Shown here one piece after another: positions 40,124-49,011 of a stretch of 64,000 nucleotides of DNA. The translations under genes were made by a program, and so were the position numbers. Below the pieces are notes generated by a model. The model made no database searches and was not told where the DNA came from. It worked only from the letters and a program-made list of their open reading frames with translations. The DNA is from Candidatus Binatia bacterium (GTDB lineage: Bacteria > Desulfobacterota > Binatia > Bin18): NCBI GenBank assembly GCA_963664395.2, contig OY761159.2, positions 1,568,001 to 1,632,000 of the forward strand. The letters run 5' to 3'. Every line of letters starts with the position of its first letter. Positions within the stretch are counted from its first letter, which is position 1.

Positions 40124-40924
40124 GTGACCAACGCTGCTATGCTGAAAGCCGTCTTTTTTGACTTTGATGGAACCCTGGCTGACGACGGCGCAACGATTGA
40201 TCAGGCGCTCCACGCTGCATGTGCGGTGATATGCGAACGCTGGCCAGACCTCGGTGCGACGCCTCTTGAATCAACATACCGCCAGATCTCCGATCGCGCC
40301 TGGGGAGATTATGATCGCTACCTCCGCCCCCTCGGGTCACCTGAATCCATGCTCGCCTCCCTGTGGCAGCAAACCCTTGAACGGTTTGGTTACTATGAGG
40401 CAGGAGTCGCACACGACGCAGCCACGACCTATTGGCAACAGCGTTTACACGCCTGTCAACCGTATCCTGATGTTCTGCCCTTCCTATCAGACCTGACACA
40501 GCTCTTTCATGTGAGTCTGCTCACCAACGGTGCCCCCAGCATGCAGCGGGCGAAAGTGAAAGCAGCCGGTCTCCAGGAGTATTTCCGCGATATCTTCGTC
40601 GGGGGCGAGTTTGACCAGGGCAAACCCGCTCCTTTTATCTTCTCCGCCGCTCTCAAAGCCGCCACCTGCCATCCCGAAGAAGCAGTGTACATCGGAGACT
40701 CTCTCCTGCACGACGTCGTTGGCGCCCGCAAAAGTGGTCTGCACAGCGTCTGGCTCAATCGCAAGCGGCAGCACAAACAAGAGGTCATTCAAGCCTATGC
40801 GCGGAGCGGCAGGGCTGATACGACGAACGCTGCTCCGCAACAGCGTCAGCTTGAGCAGTTGGCCCAGCCCGATTTTGAGATTACACATCTCACCGCGCTC
40901 TCAGCCTGCCTGGAACAACTCTAG
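40124..40924 (+). CDS. HAD family hydrolase
   Basis: FFDFDGTL, LTNG, KP, IGDSLLHDVVGA. Confidence 0.92.
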   Translation: MTNAAMLKAVFFDFDGTLADDGATIDQALHAACAVICERWPDLGATPLESTYRQISDRAWGDYDRYLRPLGSPESMLASLWQQTLERFGYYEAGVAHDAATTYWQQRLHACQPYPDVLPFLSDLTQLFHVSLLTNGAPSMQRAKVKAAGLQEYFRDIFVGGEFDQGKPAPFIFSAALKAATCHPEEAVYIGDSLLHDVVGARKSGLHSVWLNRKRQHKQEVIQAYARSGRADTTNAAPQQRQLEQLAQPDFEITHLTALSACLEQL

Positions 40925-40984
40925 GGATTTTCCGGACTGCTCTTCTTCTGCTCCCTTGTCCGAATAGTGTCCCACTGATAGCTG

Positions 40985-41575
40985 ATGCAGTATGAGGCAG
41001 AAGGGACCGGCATGGAAAAAAACGCCTACAAAATCCTGTTGTTCAATTATTATCGAGATGCCGAATTGCGCGGGGCAGACTTGATTCTGCGTCTTATCAA
41101 CCGTGCGGAGAATCAGAATATTCAAGAAAAGTTGACCCGTCATTTAGCCGATGCGACCAATCACGCCTGGCTCTGGACTGAGCGCATTCGGGCGCTTGGC
41201 GGTGAGCCTCTGCGGATTGAGAATGGCTACCATCGTCAACTCCGGCGCAAGGCCGGTCTGCCGGCTAATTTTCTTGACCTCCTGGCGCTCACCTGCGCCG
41301 TTGCCGAGCGGGCGCACAAACGGTATGCGGAACATGCCACTCGGCCCGATGTCGCTCCGGAGACGCTCACGGTTCTGCATGAGATGCAGGCAGATGAGAA
41401 AGCGCACCTGACCTGGATTATCGAAAAGATCGCTGAACTCGAAGCCAGAGAAGGCAAGGAAAAGGTGGACGCCGCCCTTCGGCATTATCGGGAGATAGAG
41501 GCAGCTGTTTTTGCCGACATGCAGCAAGAGGAGCAGCGCGCCTTAGCCCAGGTTGGGCCGGACGAAACCAGCTGA
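40985..41575 (+). CDS. Ferritin-like domain protein
   Basis: DAE...DATNH and ADEKAH metal-site-like motifs in a four-helix pattern. Confidence 0.7.
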   Translation: MQYEAEGTGMEKNAYKILLFNYYRDAELRGADLILRLINRAENQNIQEKLTRHLADATNHAWLWTERIRALGGEPLRIENGYHRQLRRKAGLPANFLDLLALTCAVAERAHKRYAEHATRPDVAPETLTVLHEMQADEKAHLTWIIEKIAELEAREGKEKVDAALRHYREIEAAVFADMQQEEQRALAQVGPDETS

Positions 41576-41597
41576 GGCCACCGGTCGGGCGAGCCGC

Positions 41598-43190
41598 TCA
41601 AATCTTCTTTTTTTGATTTGCGACATAGTCAACCAGGAGATATTCCCCAAGATTGTCCGGGCGGGTGTAAAAGGCACGGCCACGGTTCATCTTGGTCATT
41701 TTGTCCACAAAGGTCCGCAGGCTCGGACTGTCGTCGAGCATGAACGTATTAATCGTGACCCCCCGCTTGGTGACTTTCTCTACTTCGCGCAGGGTTTCCT
41801 GGGCCGCCCGCATACTGATCCCCCCAAAAGAGAGGGGCCATTCGCAATACAGCCGCCCCCGAGAAAAATACGCGGTGGGTTGGCCATCCGTCACCACGAT
41901 GATGTGTTGATTATGACCCGGGTGGCGGCGCAGCAGATCCCCGGCAAGACGCAGGCCGTCTTGTAGGTTGGTGAACGGGTCGCCCATATTCCAACTCGCC
42001 TCAGGCAAGTCTTTGATCTTGAGCTCCACCGCCCGCGTGAAAAAACCAACAATCGAGAAATAATCACGCGGATAGCGCGTCCGAATCAAACTCTCCAGCG
42101 CCAGCGCAACTTTTTTGGCGGCTCCGAATCGACCTTCCCAGCTCATGGACCAACTCATATCAAGGAGCAGGACGGTTGACGTTGTGGTCGTGTGGTCAGT
42201 ATCGAAGATCGTAAAGTCTTCCGGGTGGATAGACAGGGGGACGCCCGCGCTCCGCTGGATAGACTTTTTGAGCGTCCCGACCAGGTCGAGATGCATGGGG
42301 TCACCGTACTGGTACGGCCGCGTTTCGTCCATTTTGATCTCGGCAATACCGCGATGGTCTGTGGCGTGAGAGCCGTTCCGGTCGCGCAACAGATTGGCAT
42401 AGATGTCTTGCAGGGCGAGCTGGCCGATCCGCCGGACGCCTTTGGGCGACAACCGCACCCGGCCTTCGCGGGAGATCAGGAACCCGGATTCTTCTAACAA
42501 CGACTGCATCTGTTGGAGATTCTGAAAGTCCTGGCTGGCAGCCTGGCCAAGCAATTCCTGAAGCTGTTCCGGGTCTATCTTCTCCGGATGGCCTGACAGC
42601 AGGTTTTGCTCCATCTCCTGAAGCTGTTCCATTTCCTCCATCAGTTCCAGCGCCTCTTGATAGCTGAGCGGACGCGGTCCGTTAAACAGATCGTTGAAAC
42701 GGCGCTGAAAGTTCTCAAGCGAGTGAATATTGTCAAACTCCTGCATGAGCTCATCAAACGCGGCTTGCGCGGCTTCGTCCTCGAACGGATAGTCCGCCAG
42801 CTTCTCCATTTTCTCGCTCAGGCGTTGCGGCAACTGCTGGAGAAACTGCTCCTTCTCTTCGAGTGCGGGCTGCTGAGGCCGCTTCTGCTCCAGCGTGCGC
42901 TGCTCTTGATTCAGAATGGAGTCAAGACGCTCCTGCATCTCATCGAGCGAGGAGCGCATATTAGACTCACGGTAGCGTTTGCGCATCTCTTCGCGCAGGT
43001 CACGCACGAGATCGTCCAGACCCTTGAGCTTATCGTCCTCATCCCCCAGGCCCTGGCGCATGAGATGCTCAAGCGCCTGCTGCATATCATCCGTCGAGGA
43101 CAGATGTTCGGCCAGCTCTTCGAAGATTTTGTCGGCCGACAGCCGGACCCGTTGGCTGCCATCCCAGTCGGTATAGCGAATGGTGATCAT
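41598..43190 (-). CDS. VWA domain protein (partner of the AAA+ ATPase at 50881-52308)
   Basis: MIDAS LLDMSWSM, TNLQDGL, VTDGQPT; RYTDWDG N-terminus. Confidence 0.9.
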   Translation of the reverse strand: MITIRYTDWDGSQRVRLSADKIFEELAEHLSSTDDMQQALEHLMRQGLGDEDDKLKGLDDLVRDLREEMRKRYRESNMRSSLDEMQERLDSILNQEQRTLEQKRPQQPALEEKEQFLQQLPQRLSEKMEKLADYPFEDEAAQAAFDELMQEFDNIHSLENFQRRFNDLFNGPRPLSYQEALELMEEMEQLQEMEQNLLSGHPEKIDPEQLQELLGQAASQDFQNLQQMQSLLEESGFLISREGRVRLSPKGVRRIGQLALQDIYANLLRDRNGSHATDHRGIAEIKMDETRPYQYGDPMHLDLVGTLKKSIQRSAGVPLSIHPEDFTIFDTDHTTTTSTVLLLDMSWSMSWEGRFGAAKKVALALESLIRTRYPRDYFSIVGFFTRAVELKIKDLPEASWNMGDPFTNLQDGLRLAGDLLRRHPGHNQHIIVVTDGQPTAYFSRGRLYCEWPLSFGGISMRAAQETLREVEKVTKRGVTINTFMLDDSPSLRTFVDKMTKMNRGRAFYTRPDNLGEYLLVDYVANQKKKI

Positions 43191-43380
43191 GTCAGTCCGG
43201 AAGCACGGTCACGGAATGCCGGGATCATAGAGCAACCCGCCCGCCTTTACTATACCCACAGACCGGCGGGGCGGGGCAAAGGGGGCAGGGCTACTAGCTG
43301 GAGGGCCTGCTATACTGTCCTGTGGACATACGACGAGTTGATGAGCGGTAGACAGAGTCCACAAAGGAGAAAGGGTGAAC

Positions 43381-44016
43381 ATGAATTACGTCCTGATTGA
43401 CTTGGAAAATACGCAGCCGGAACACCTGAGTGTTTTAGCCGGGCAGAACTTCAGGGTTCTTGTTTTTGTGGGCCAGAACCAATCAAAGATATCGTTTGAT
43501 CTCGTATCCGCCATTCAGCATTTAGGGAAAAACGCCGAATACATCAAAATTCAAGGCAACGGACCAAACGCCCTTGATTTCCATATCGCGTTTTATATCG
43601 GCCAGTTTTCCACAGAAAACAGCGATTCCCATTTCCACATCATTTCAAAAGATAAAGGCTTCGACCCGCTGATTAAGCATCTTGAATCGAAAAAGATCCG
43701 GGTACACCGGCATCCGGCTATCAACGACATACCACTTACAAAGCCTGCAAAAGCGAAAAAAGAGCCTGCTCACGTTTCAAAACCTGCGAGTTCAGTAATA
43801 AAGGCGGAGAACATTCAGAAAATCGTTGAGTTCCTGATTGCCCGAGGGAATGCAAAACCAAGGAAATTGAAAACTCTGTCCAATTCGATCAATGCACTAT
43901 TTTCAAAAAGCTTAGCAGAGAACGAACTCGACGCTCTCATAGACGAACTGGTCAAGCGCGGCGTCGTTATTGTCAGCAGCAATCAGACCAGCGTGAGCTA
44001 TCAGTTGAAAGGGTAA
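43381..44016 (+). CDS. PIN-like (NYN/PIN7) nuclease domain with C-terminal winged-helix
   Basis: LIDLEN, NALDFHIAFYIG, IISKDKGFD; C-terminal PRKLKTLSNSI...LIDELVKRG. Confidence 0.8.
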   Translation: MNYVLIDLENTQPEHLSVLAGQNFRVLVFVGQNQSKISFDLVSAIQHLGKNAEYIKIQGNGPNALDFHIAFYIGQFSTENSDSHFHIISKDKGFDPLIKHLESKKIRVHRHPAINDIPLTKPAKAKKEPAHVSKPASSVIKAENIQKIVEFLIARGNAKPRKLKTLSNSINALFSKSLAENELDALIDELVKRGVVIVSSNQTSVSYQLKG

Positions 44017-44067
44017 TTGTTGAAGCGCTTCCCAATTGTGGTACAAAATGACCGAGAGTAATCGCTA

Positions 44068-44529
44068 ATGATACGTCATGTGTTTCTGAGCTTTTCTATG
44101 GGGGACGAGGGCATTGTCAACGTCTTTCGCGGCCAAGCGGCGAACAGGCAATCGGTCCTGGTGTTTCATGACTACTCCATCAAGGAAGCATTTGAGTCCA
44201 CTTGGAAAATGAAGGCGGAACGTCTCATCCGCGCCTGTAGTGTCACTATATGTTTGATTGGCAAAACAACGTATCGGAGCAAAGCTGTCGATTGGGAGAT
44301 CAGAAGGAGCGCGGAACTAGGGAAGACCGTCATGGCGGTTTCCATTGAGCCGACGGCGCCAAGAGTTCCGCCGGCCCTTACGGAACTGAACGTGCAACCC
44401 CAGCCGTGGGATATGGAGAGAATAATAGGGGAGTTGAATGACCTCGGAACCGAATACGGTCGAACAAGAGCTTTTCGGAGAGCACGAATCTGGAACGTTG
44501 AACGAGACCGAAGCCTCGACACTGCTTGA
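44068..44529 (+). CDS. TIR domain protein (ThsB / MTH538-like)
   Basis: VFLSF, DYSIK, SVTICLIGKTTYRSKAVDWEI with catalytic Glu. Confidence 0.85.
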   Translation: MIRHVFLSFSMGDEGIVNVFRGQAANRQSVLVFHDYSIKEAFESTWKMKAERLIRACSVTICLIGKTTYRSKAVDWEIRRSAELGKTVMAVSIEPTAPRVPPALTELNVQPQPWDMERIIGELNDLGTEYGRTRAFRRARIWNVERDRSLDTA

Positions 44530-44965
44530 ACAGTACAAACTCTTTGTGGGAACCTCGGAAGCTCTGGTCTCTCGTCGGCAGCAAGTCAATACTTTCTTCC
44601 TTTCTGTCAATTCCATCATCCTTGCGGCTACGGGTCTCCTCATACGTGAGAAAACGGCAAATAGCTTAGTCGGTCCCGCCCTCATCGTGCTCGGTATGGG
44701 CGGAATGGCTCTCTGTTTCGCATGGCGGCGAATGATATTGTCCTTTGGTCAACTCAACCGGGGCAAGTTCGATGTCATCCATGCCCTCGAACGCAGACTG
44801 CCAGCCCGGACTTTTACCGCGGAATGGGTCGCTCTGGGACAAGGTAAGGATCCGTCTAAGTACAAGCCGTTTACGCGAACAGAGTCGTTGACCCCGTGGA
44901 TATTCGGTATGCTTGAAACATTGGTGGTCGTTGCTGGAGTCGTTCTATGGTTCTGGCAGGGATAG
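44438..44965 (+). CDS. 3-TM membrane protein (RipA/octameric-membrane-protein-like), putative effector
   Basis: LLEQYKLFV...SRRQQVNTFFLSVNS, QLNRGKFDVIHALERRLP...EW; three hydrophobic helices; family call from memory. Confidence 0.75.
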   Translation: MTSEPNTVEQELFGEHESGTLNETEASTLLEQYKLFVGTSEALVSRRQQVNTFFLSVNSIILAATGLLIREKTANSLVGPALIVLGMGGMALCFAWRRMILSFGQLNRGKFDVIHALERRLPARTFTAEWVALGQGKDPSKYKPFTRTESLTPWIFGMLETLVVVAGVVLWFWQG

Positions 44966-44969
44966 AATA

Positions 44970-45413
44970 ATGAGCACACATCAAATCCACGTTTTTATCA
45001 GTCACTCCTGGGCCTATTCAAATCATTACGACACTTTGGAGGATTGGATATTCAACCGGAAATGGAGTCGAGGTCAGGCATCTCTCGACTTTCGGGATTT
45101 TTCCGTTCCAAGGAATGACCCAATTCATAATGCACCCTCCGACCGAGCACTCAGAGAGGCAATCTTTAACCAAATAGTCAGGTGTCACGTGGTCGTGATT
45201 CCGTTGGGAATGTATGCCACTTACAGTAAGTGGATCAGGAAAGAAATCGACGGTGCTAAACGCTACACAAAACCAATACTTGGCGTAAACCCGCAGGGAC
45301 AGGAACATCGCTCCTCTATCGTGGCCAATGCTGCACAAGAAACGGTTGGTTGGAACAGTAAAAGTGTCGTCGGGGCCATAGCTTGTATCGTGATTAAGCT
45401 CACTTCCGGCTAA
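44970..45413 (+). CDS. Second TIR domain protein (ThsB / MTH538-like)
   Basis: VFISHSWAY, DFSVPRNDPIH, GMYATYSKWIRKEI with catalytic Glu, KPILGV, VGWNSKSVV; ATG 4 nt after upstream stop. Confidence 0.88.
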   Translation: MSTHQIHVFISHSWAYSNHYDTLEDWIFNRKWSRGQASLDFRDFSVPRNDPIHNAPSDRALREAIFNQIVRCHVVVIPLGMYATYSKWIRKEIDGAKRYTKPILGVNPQGQEHRSSIVANAAQETVGWNSKSVVGAIACIVIKLTSG

Positions 45414-45432
45414 TAATTTCGAGACAGTCGTT

Positions 45433-45738
45433 ATGGTGGAACGTCCGGTCACACATTTGCAGAATCCTCCCCATCCGGGCGCAATCGTCAGACGCCAGTG
45501 TCTCGCGCCTCTCGGCCTGTCCGTTACCAGGGCCGCCAAAGGCTTGGGAGTCACGCGCCAAGCGCTCTCCGATCTCGTCAACGGCAGGGCTGGAGTCTCG
45601 GTCGAAATGGCGGTCCGATTGTCAAAAGCCTTCGGGTCGAGCCCGGAGACATGGCTCGGTATGCAGATGGCCTACGACCTCTGGCACGCGCGGGATAGAG
45701 TCGAGCAGATCACCGTCGAGAAGTTCGAGAGCGCGTAG
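45433..45738 (+). CDS. higA: Orphan HigA-family antitoxin
   Basis: PPHPG, AAKGLGVTRQALSDLVNG, SPETWLGMQMAYDL; no toxin upstream. Confidence 0.85.
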   Translation: MVERPVTHLQNPPHPGAIVRRQCLAPLGLSVTRAAKGLGVTRQALSDLVNGRAGVSVEMAVRLSKAFGSSPETWLGMQMAYDLWHARDRVEQITVEKFESA

Positions 45739-45754
45739 GCGTAGTTCCCGCATC

Positions 45755-45867
45755 CTCAAGAGGGCAATTCTGCGGCGCTTGGTCAAAGAGAGATTCGCGT
45801 GAAGCAAAAGGACTGTGAACGCTTGGTAAAAAGTGTCAAGCAGGCAGGAGCGATTCGCACGCAATGA
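45755..45867 (+). pseudogene. Remnant of a RelE/HigB toxin 3' end overlapping a truncated HTH antitoxin 5' end
   Basis: ...ILRRLVKERFA* overlaps (GTGA) MKQKDCERLVKSVKQAGAIRTQ*, resembling HigB2/NadS-type TA junctions. Confidence 0.5.
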
Positions 45868-45901
45868 AAGAAGTTCCAGCAGGCGCGGATTGGAAGAGTG
45901 A

Positions 45902-46171
45902 CTATGCCGCTTTCCTTGCCCGCGCAGCTTTATCGAGATCGTAGGTTGCCTGGAGATTCAGCCACACCTTCGGCGTCGTGCCGAGAACGGCGGCGAGGTC
46001 CAGCGCCGCGGCGGCAGTGACGCCACGCTTTCCGCGAATGAGTTCGTTCAGTCGGGTCCTCGTCCAACCGACCTTCGCGGCGAATGCCGCTTGGCTTATT
46101 CCTTGAGGCGCGAGAAATTCCTCCAAGAGGATTTCGCCTGGGTGAAACGGATTCTTCGGTTGTCTCGCCAT
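45902..46171 (-). CDS. higA: HigA antitoxin
   Basis: HPGEILLEEFL, ISQAAFA, WLNLQATYDL. Confidence 0.93.
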   Translation of the reverse strand: MARQPKNPFHPGEILLEEFLAPQGISQAAFAAKVGWTRTRLNELIRGKRGVTAAAALDLAAVLGTTPKVWLNLQATYDLDKAARARKAA

Positions 46172-46183
46172 TACGCCTGCTCC

Positions 46184-46474
46184 TTATAAATGGTAATCAA
46201 CGACTTGAACATTGAACGCACTCCCCGCACGCCATTGAAAGACCAGCCGCCATTGCCTGTCAATGCGGATCGAGTAGAAACCGTCCCATTCCCCTTTCAA
46301 CTTCTCCAGCCGATTACCAGGTGGGACCCGAAGGTCTCGTAAGTCAGCCGCGTCATGCAGAAAGAGCAGCTTCCGCCGGGCAGTCCGACGAAGCGACACT
46401 GGTAACGTCCGCACAGCGCGTCCGCTATCGTCAAACAGTTGCTCAGCCAGCGCGTTGCCGAATGTCTCAATCAC
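46184..46474 (-). CDS. higB: HigB (RelE/ParE superfamily) toxin
   Basis: DLRVPPGNRLEKLKG, YSIRIDRQWRLVF, VDYH. Confidence 0.93.
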   Translation of the reverse strand: MIETFGNALAEQLFDDSGRAVRTLPVSLRRTARRKLLFLHDAADLRDLRVPPGNRLEKLKGEWDGFYSIRIDRQWRLVFQWRAGSAFNVQVVDYHL

Positions 46475-46509
46475 GTTTCCGCATTACCAGAAACCGATAA
46501 TGCGGAAAC
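46475..46509. promoter_or_regulatory. Perfect 12-bp inverted repeat, probable HigA operator
   Basis: gtttccgcatta-N11-taatgcggaaac abutting the higB start. Confidence 0.7.
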
Positions 46510-46584
46510 CCATCTCCCCACTATGCAGAAAAGAGTGTTAGAGGACATCCGGGAGCATTAGCCGCCTATCTGGAGAGCCTATAC

Positions 46585-46614
46585 TTGATTCTTGATATAT
46601 TTATATATTATGAT
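46585..46614 (+). promoter_or_regulatory. Putative sigma70 promoter of the CBASS operon
   Basis: TTGATT-N18-TATGAT in an AT-rich gap; AAGGAGG RBS before 46670. Confidence 0.55.
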
Positions 46615-46669
46615 GGTCCTAATTTTTATTATAGTCATTTATTTTAGTAGCAATTAAGGAGGTGTTTCG

Positions 46670-47617
46670 ATGGAATATACAAACCAACAGCTCAACAACT
46701 ACGTCAACCGGATTAAGCTCACTCAGGAACAAAAATCGTCTTACGCGAATCAAATTGACAATTTGAAAGACAATGTTCTCAAAGCCGTTAATGGCATGGA
46801 GAACACTAAAGTAACGAAGGTCAAAAGAGCAGGTTCGTGGAAGAAAAGCACCGCTCTGGCACCAAAGGGAGACTATCCTCTCGATATAGACATGGTGTTC
46901 TACCTAGCCCTTAAAGAAGATGCTTCGTTTGACGCCGAGGAGCTTCGGGAGGAGATTATCAGCGTACTGTGCGAGGCATATCCTAACAAGGAAAGATCAG
47001 ATTTTACTGATGGTCAAAAGACTATTGGCGTCGTATTCAGGGGCTCCGGCCTTGAGGTGGATATTGTGCCGTTTATCCCGGAAAAGGGTAACACGACCTA
47101 TGGTAGACAACCTCGAAAAAAACTCAATTCAGGCGAGTTCAAAACCAGCGTTGACAAGCAATTGGATTTTGTAAGCAAAATAAAAGACAAGTGCTCTAAT
47201 TTCACTTCTATTGTTCGCATCCTGAAAAGTTGGAGAAACTATAAGGAGCTGGAACTTTCCTCTTTCTCCATTGAATTGGCAGTAGCCAATTTGATCCAGA
47301 CAGGGAGAATATCTGACTCTTCAATAAACCAAACAATTATCACTTTCTTCGAGTTTTTCGGTAACGGTACTCCCGTCAAGGTGTACTTCTCAGGGGCTAT
47401 CGGACCACAAACTGGCAGTGCTCCGTGGATAGCAGATCCAACGAACAACGAGAACAATACGGTCAGACTATCTGATAGCGAATGGGACGAGGTTATGGAA
47501 ATAGCCGAAAGCGGCTTTGAGAGCATTTCTTATGCACAAACCGTACAAGAGACCGGAAAAACATTGGATTTATGGAAGGAAGTTTTTGGACCAAGTTTCA
47601 ATATTAAGGAGGGATAA
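46670..47617 (+). CDS. CBASS cyclic oligonucleotide synthase (CD-NTase, CdnC/CdnD-like)
   Basis: AGSWKKSTAL...LDIDM (GS and DxD), EVDIVP, RILKSWR, LSSFSIEL, DPTNNENN, WKEVFG. Confidence 0.92.
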   Translation: MEYTNQQLNNYVNRIKLTQEQKSSYANQIDNLKDNVLKAVNGMENTKVTKVKRAGSWKKSTALAPKGDYPLDIDMVFYLALKEDASFDAEELREEIISVLCEAYPNKERSDFTDGQKTIGVVFRGSGLEVDIVPFIPEKGNTTYGRQPRKKLNSGEFKTSVDKQLDFVSKIKDKCSNFTSIVRILKSWRNYKELELSSFSIELAVANLIQTGRISDSSINQTIITFFEFFGNGTPVKVYFSGAIGPQTGSAPWIADPTNNENNTVRLSDSEWDEVMEIAESGFESISYAQTVQETGKTLDLWKEVFGPSFNIKEG

Positions 47618-47623
47618 TACCTA

Positions 47624-48106
47624 ATGAGCACTATTACGCAGACATATACCAGAACAGATATCCGTAAAGCTTTTGAAAACTTCCAGGCAGACCTGCAAAT
47701 GCTTGCTGTAAGGACGCAAGCAATGGAATTAGATCATGCACAGAAGTGTACCTATGATGTCTGTTTAATGGCCCAAGCGGGGTGTTTGAGGCGCGTCCAT
47801 ATACAATTGTATGACTCCTATGGAAATCTCATAAAAGTTCATCGGTATTCCGTGAAAGAAGATATATTACCAGACTCCCAAAGGCCAGGAGGAAATAGAT
47901 GGCCATGCTTACCTGACGGTAGCCTATGCGTAATAGTGGAATACTCTGATAACCAAGAGGCGGAAAAGCTTCAAAGATCAAGGACGTTAAAACTACATTG
48001 GAGCCCTTCATCTTTGTCAACTAATTACTCTGGAATGCGAAACGATAGCGAAAGACTCTATTCCAGTAATAGCTACGGATTACGGCGCGACACATTCGTG
48101 AACTGA
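47624..48106 (+). CDS. cap7: Bacterial HORMA domain protein
   Basis: STITQTYTRTDIRK...ADL N-terminus and YSSNSYGLRR C-terminus typical of bacterial HORMA; position between CD-NTase and AAA+. Confidence 0.82.
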   Translation: MSTITQTYTRTDIRKAFENFQADLQMLAVRTQAMELDHAQKCTYDVCLMAQAGCLRRVHIQLYDSYGNLIKVHRYSVKEDILPDSQRPGGNRWPCLPDGSLCVIVEYSDNQEAEKLQRSRTLKLHWSPSSLSTNYSGMRNDSERLYSSNSYGLRRDTFVN

Positions 48107-48119
48107 ATAAGGCAAAACA

Positions 48120-49010
48120 ATGGTGCAAAGTACGTTTGATACTCAACGAGAACTCCCATCACGTGAGTTAGAAAGTATTGCCGAAACCCTTATCGGCTTC
48201 GAGAGGCACTATGAAGCATTGAAAAACCATCTAATGGCAGTATTGATGCCCGACCGTATAGATAAGTGGAGTAAGGAGCACCACAAACAAATTATTCCAT
48301 TATGTAAGGTAATCCGGCAAAGGTACCCACTTTTTCTCTTTAGCGGGGATGTTGGGACGGGAAAGACCGTGACGGCTGAGTGTGCCGCAAACCGGTTGAC
48401 AAAGGATATGGGCAAAGAGGGTTTTCTCCTTAAGCTGAGCACCCGGGTGAGAGGTAAGGGGCTGCATGGAGAAATGAGTCAGCTTATCCAGGATGCCTTT
48501 GAAAATCTGACAATCCAGGCGGGTAAAAAACGATTGTCCTTTCTACTGATAGACGAGGCAGATTCCATCGCCTCGCTTCGGTCTACCGAACAGATGCACC
48601 AGGAAGAAAAGGCTGCCGTCAATACGCTGATACAGAAAATTGATGAGATTCGCCAAGTAGGCGGTCGAGCGGTTGTGTTTTTGTGTACTAATAGAGCAAA
48701 TATCATTGATCAGGCTGTCGTTAGGCGCGCCGCGTTACACATAGAATTTTCTCGACCGAATAAAGAAGAGTGTCTGAAATTATTAGCACATGATCTTGAA
48801 GGAGTAGGTTTGACATCGGAAGAACTCAGTGAATTAGCGTCTCTCACTTCAGCAGGAGGGCATTATGGCGATAATGGCTATACATTCTCAGATTTCCGAT
48901 TGCGGTTTTTTCCAGAAGCTCTCACTCGATCCTTTCCAGACCGGGCGCTGACATTTGGTATCTTAAAAGAAACAGTGCTGGCTGTGAGACCGAGCCCTCG
49001 GATTGACTAA
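48120..49010 (+). CDS. cap6: TRIP13/Pch2-like AAA+ ATPase
   Basis: GDVGTGKT, RVRGKGLHGEMS, LLIDEADS, QMHQEEKAAVNTLIQ, TNR. Confidence 0.9.
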   Translation: MVQSTFDTQRELPSRELESIAETLIGFERHYEALKNHLMAVLMPDRIDKWSKEHHKQIIPLCKVIRQRYPLFLFSGDVGTGKTVTAECAANRLTKDMGKEGFLLKLSTRVRGKGLHGEMSQLIQDAFENLTIQAGKKRLSFLLIDEADSIASLRSTEQMHQEEKAAVNTLIQKIDEIRQVGGRAVVFLCTNRANIIDQAVVRRAALHIEFSRPNKEECLKLLAHDLEGVGLTSEELSELASLTSAGGHYGDNGYTFSDFRLRFFPEALTRSFPDRALTFGILKETVLAVRPSPRID

Positions 49011-49011
49011 A

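Noticed and set aside
39830-40131. Small ORFs between the SDR and HAD genes
   Set aside because: Several overlapping frames, none with a recognisable motif; could be a gene relic but is not supportable.
44068-45413. Canonical Thoeris type I/II call
   Set aside because: No ThsA (SIR2-SLOG or TM-Macro) is encoded in the island; kept instead as a non-canonical TIR system finding.
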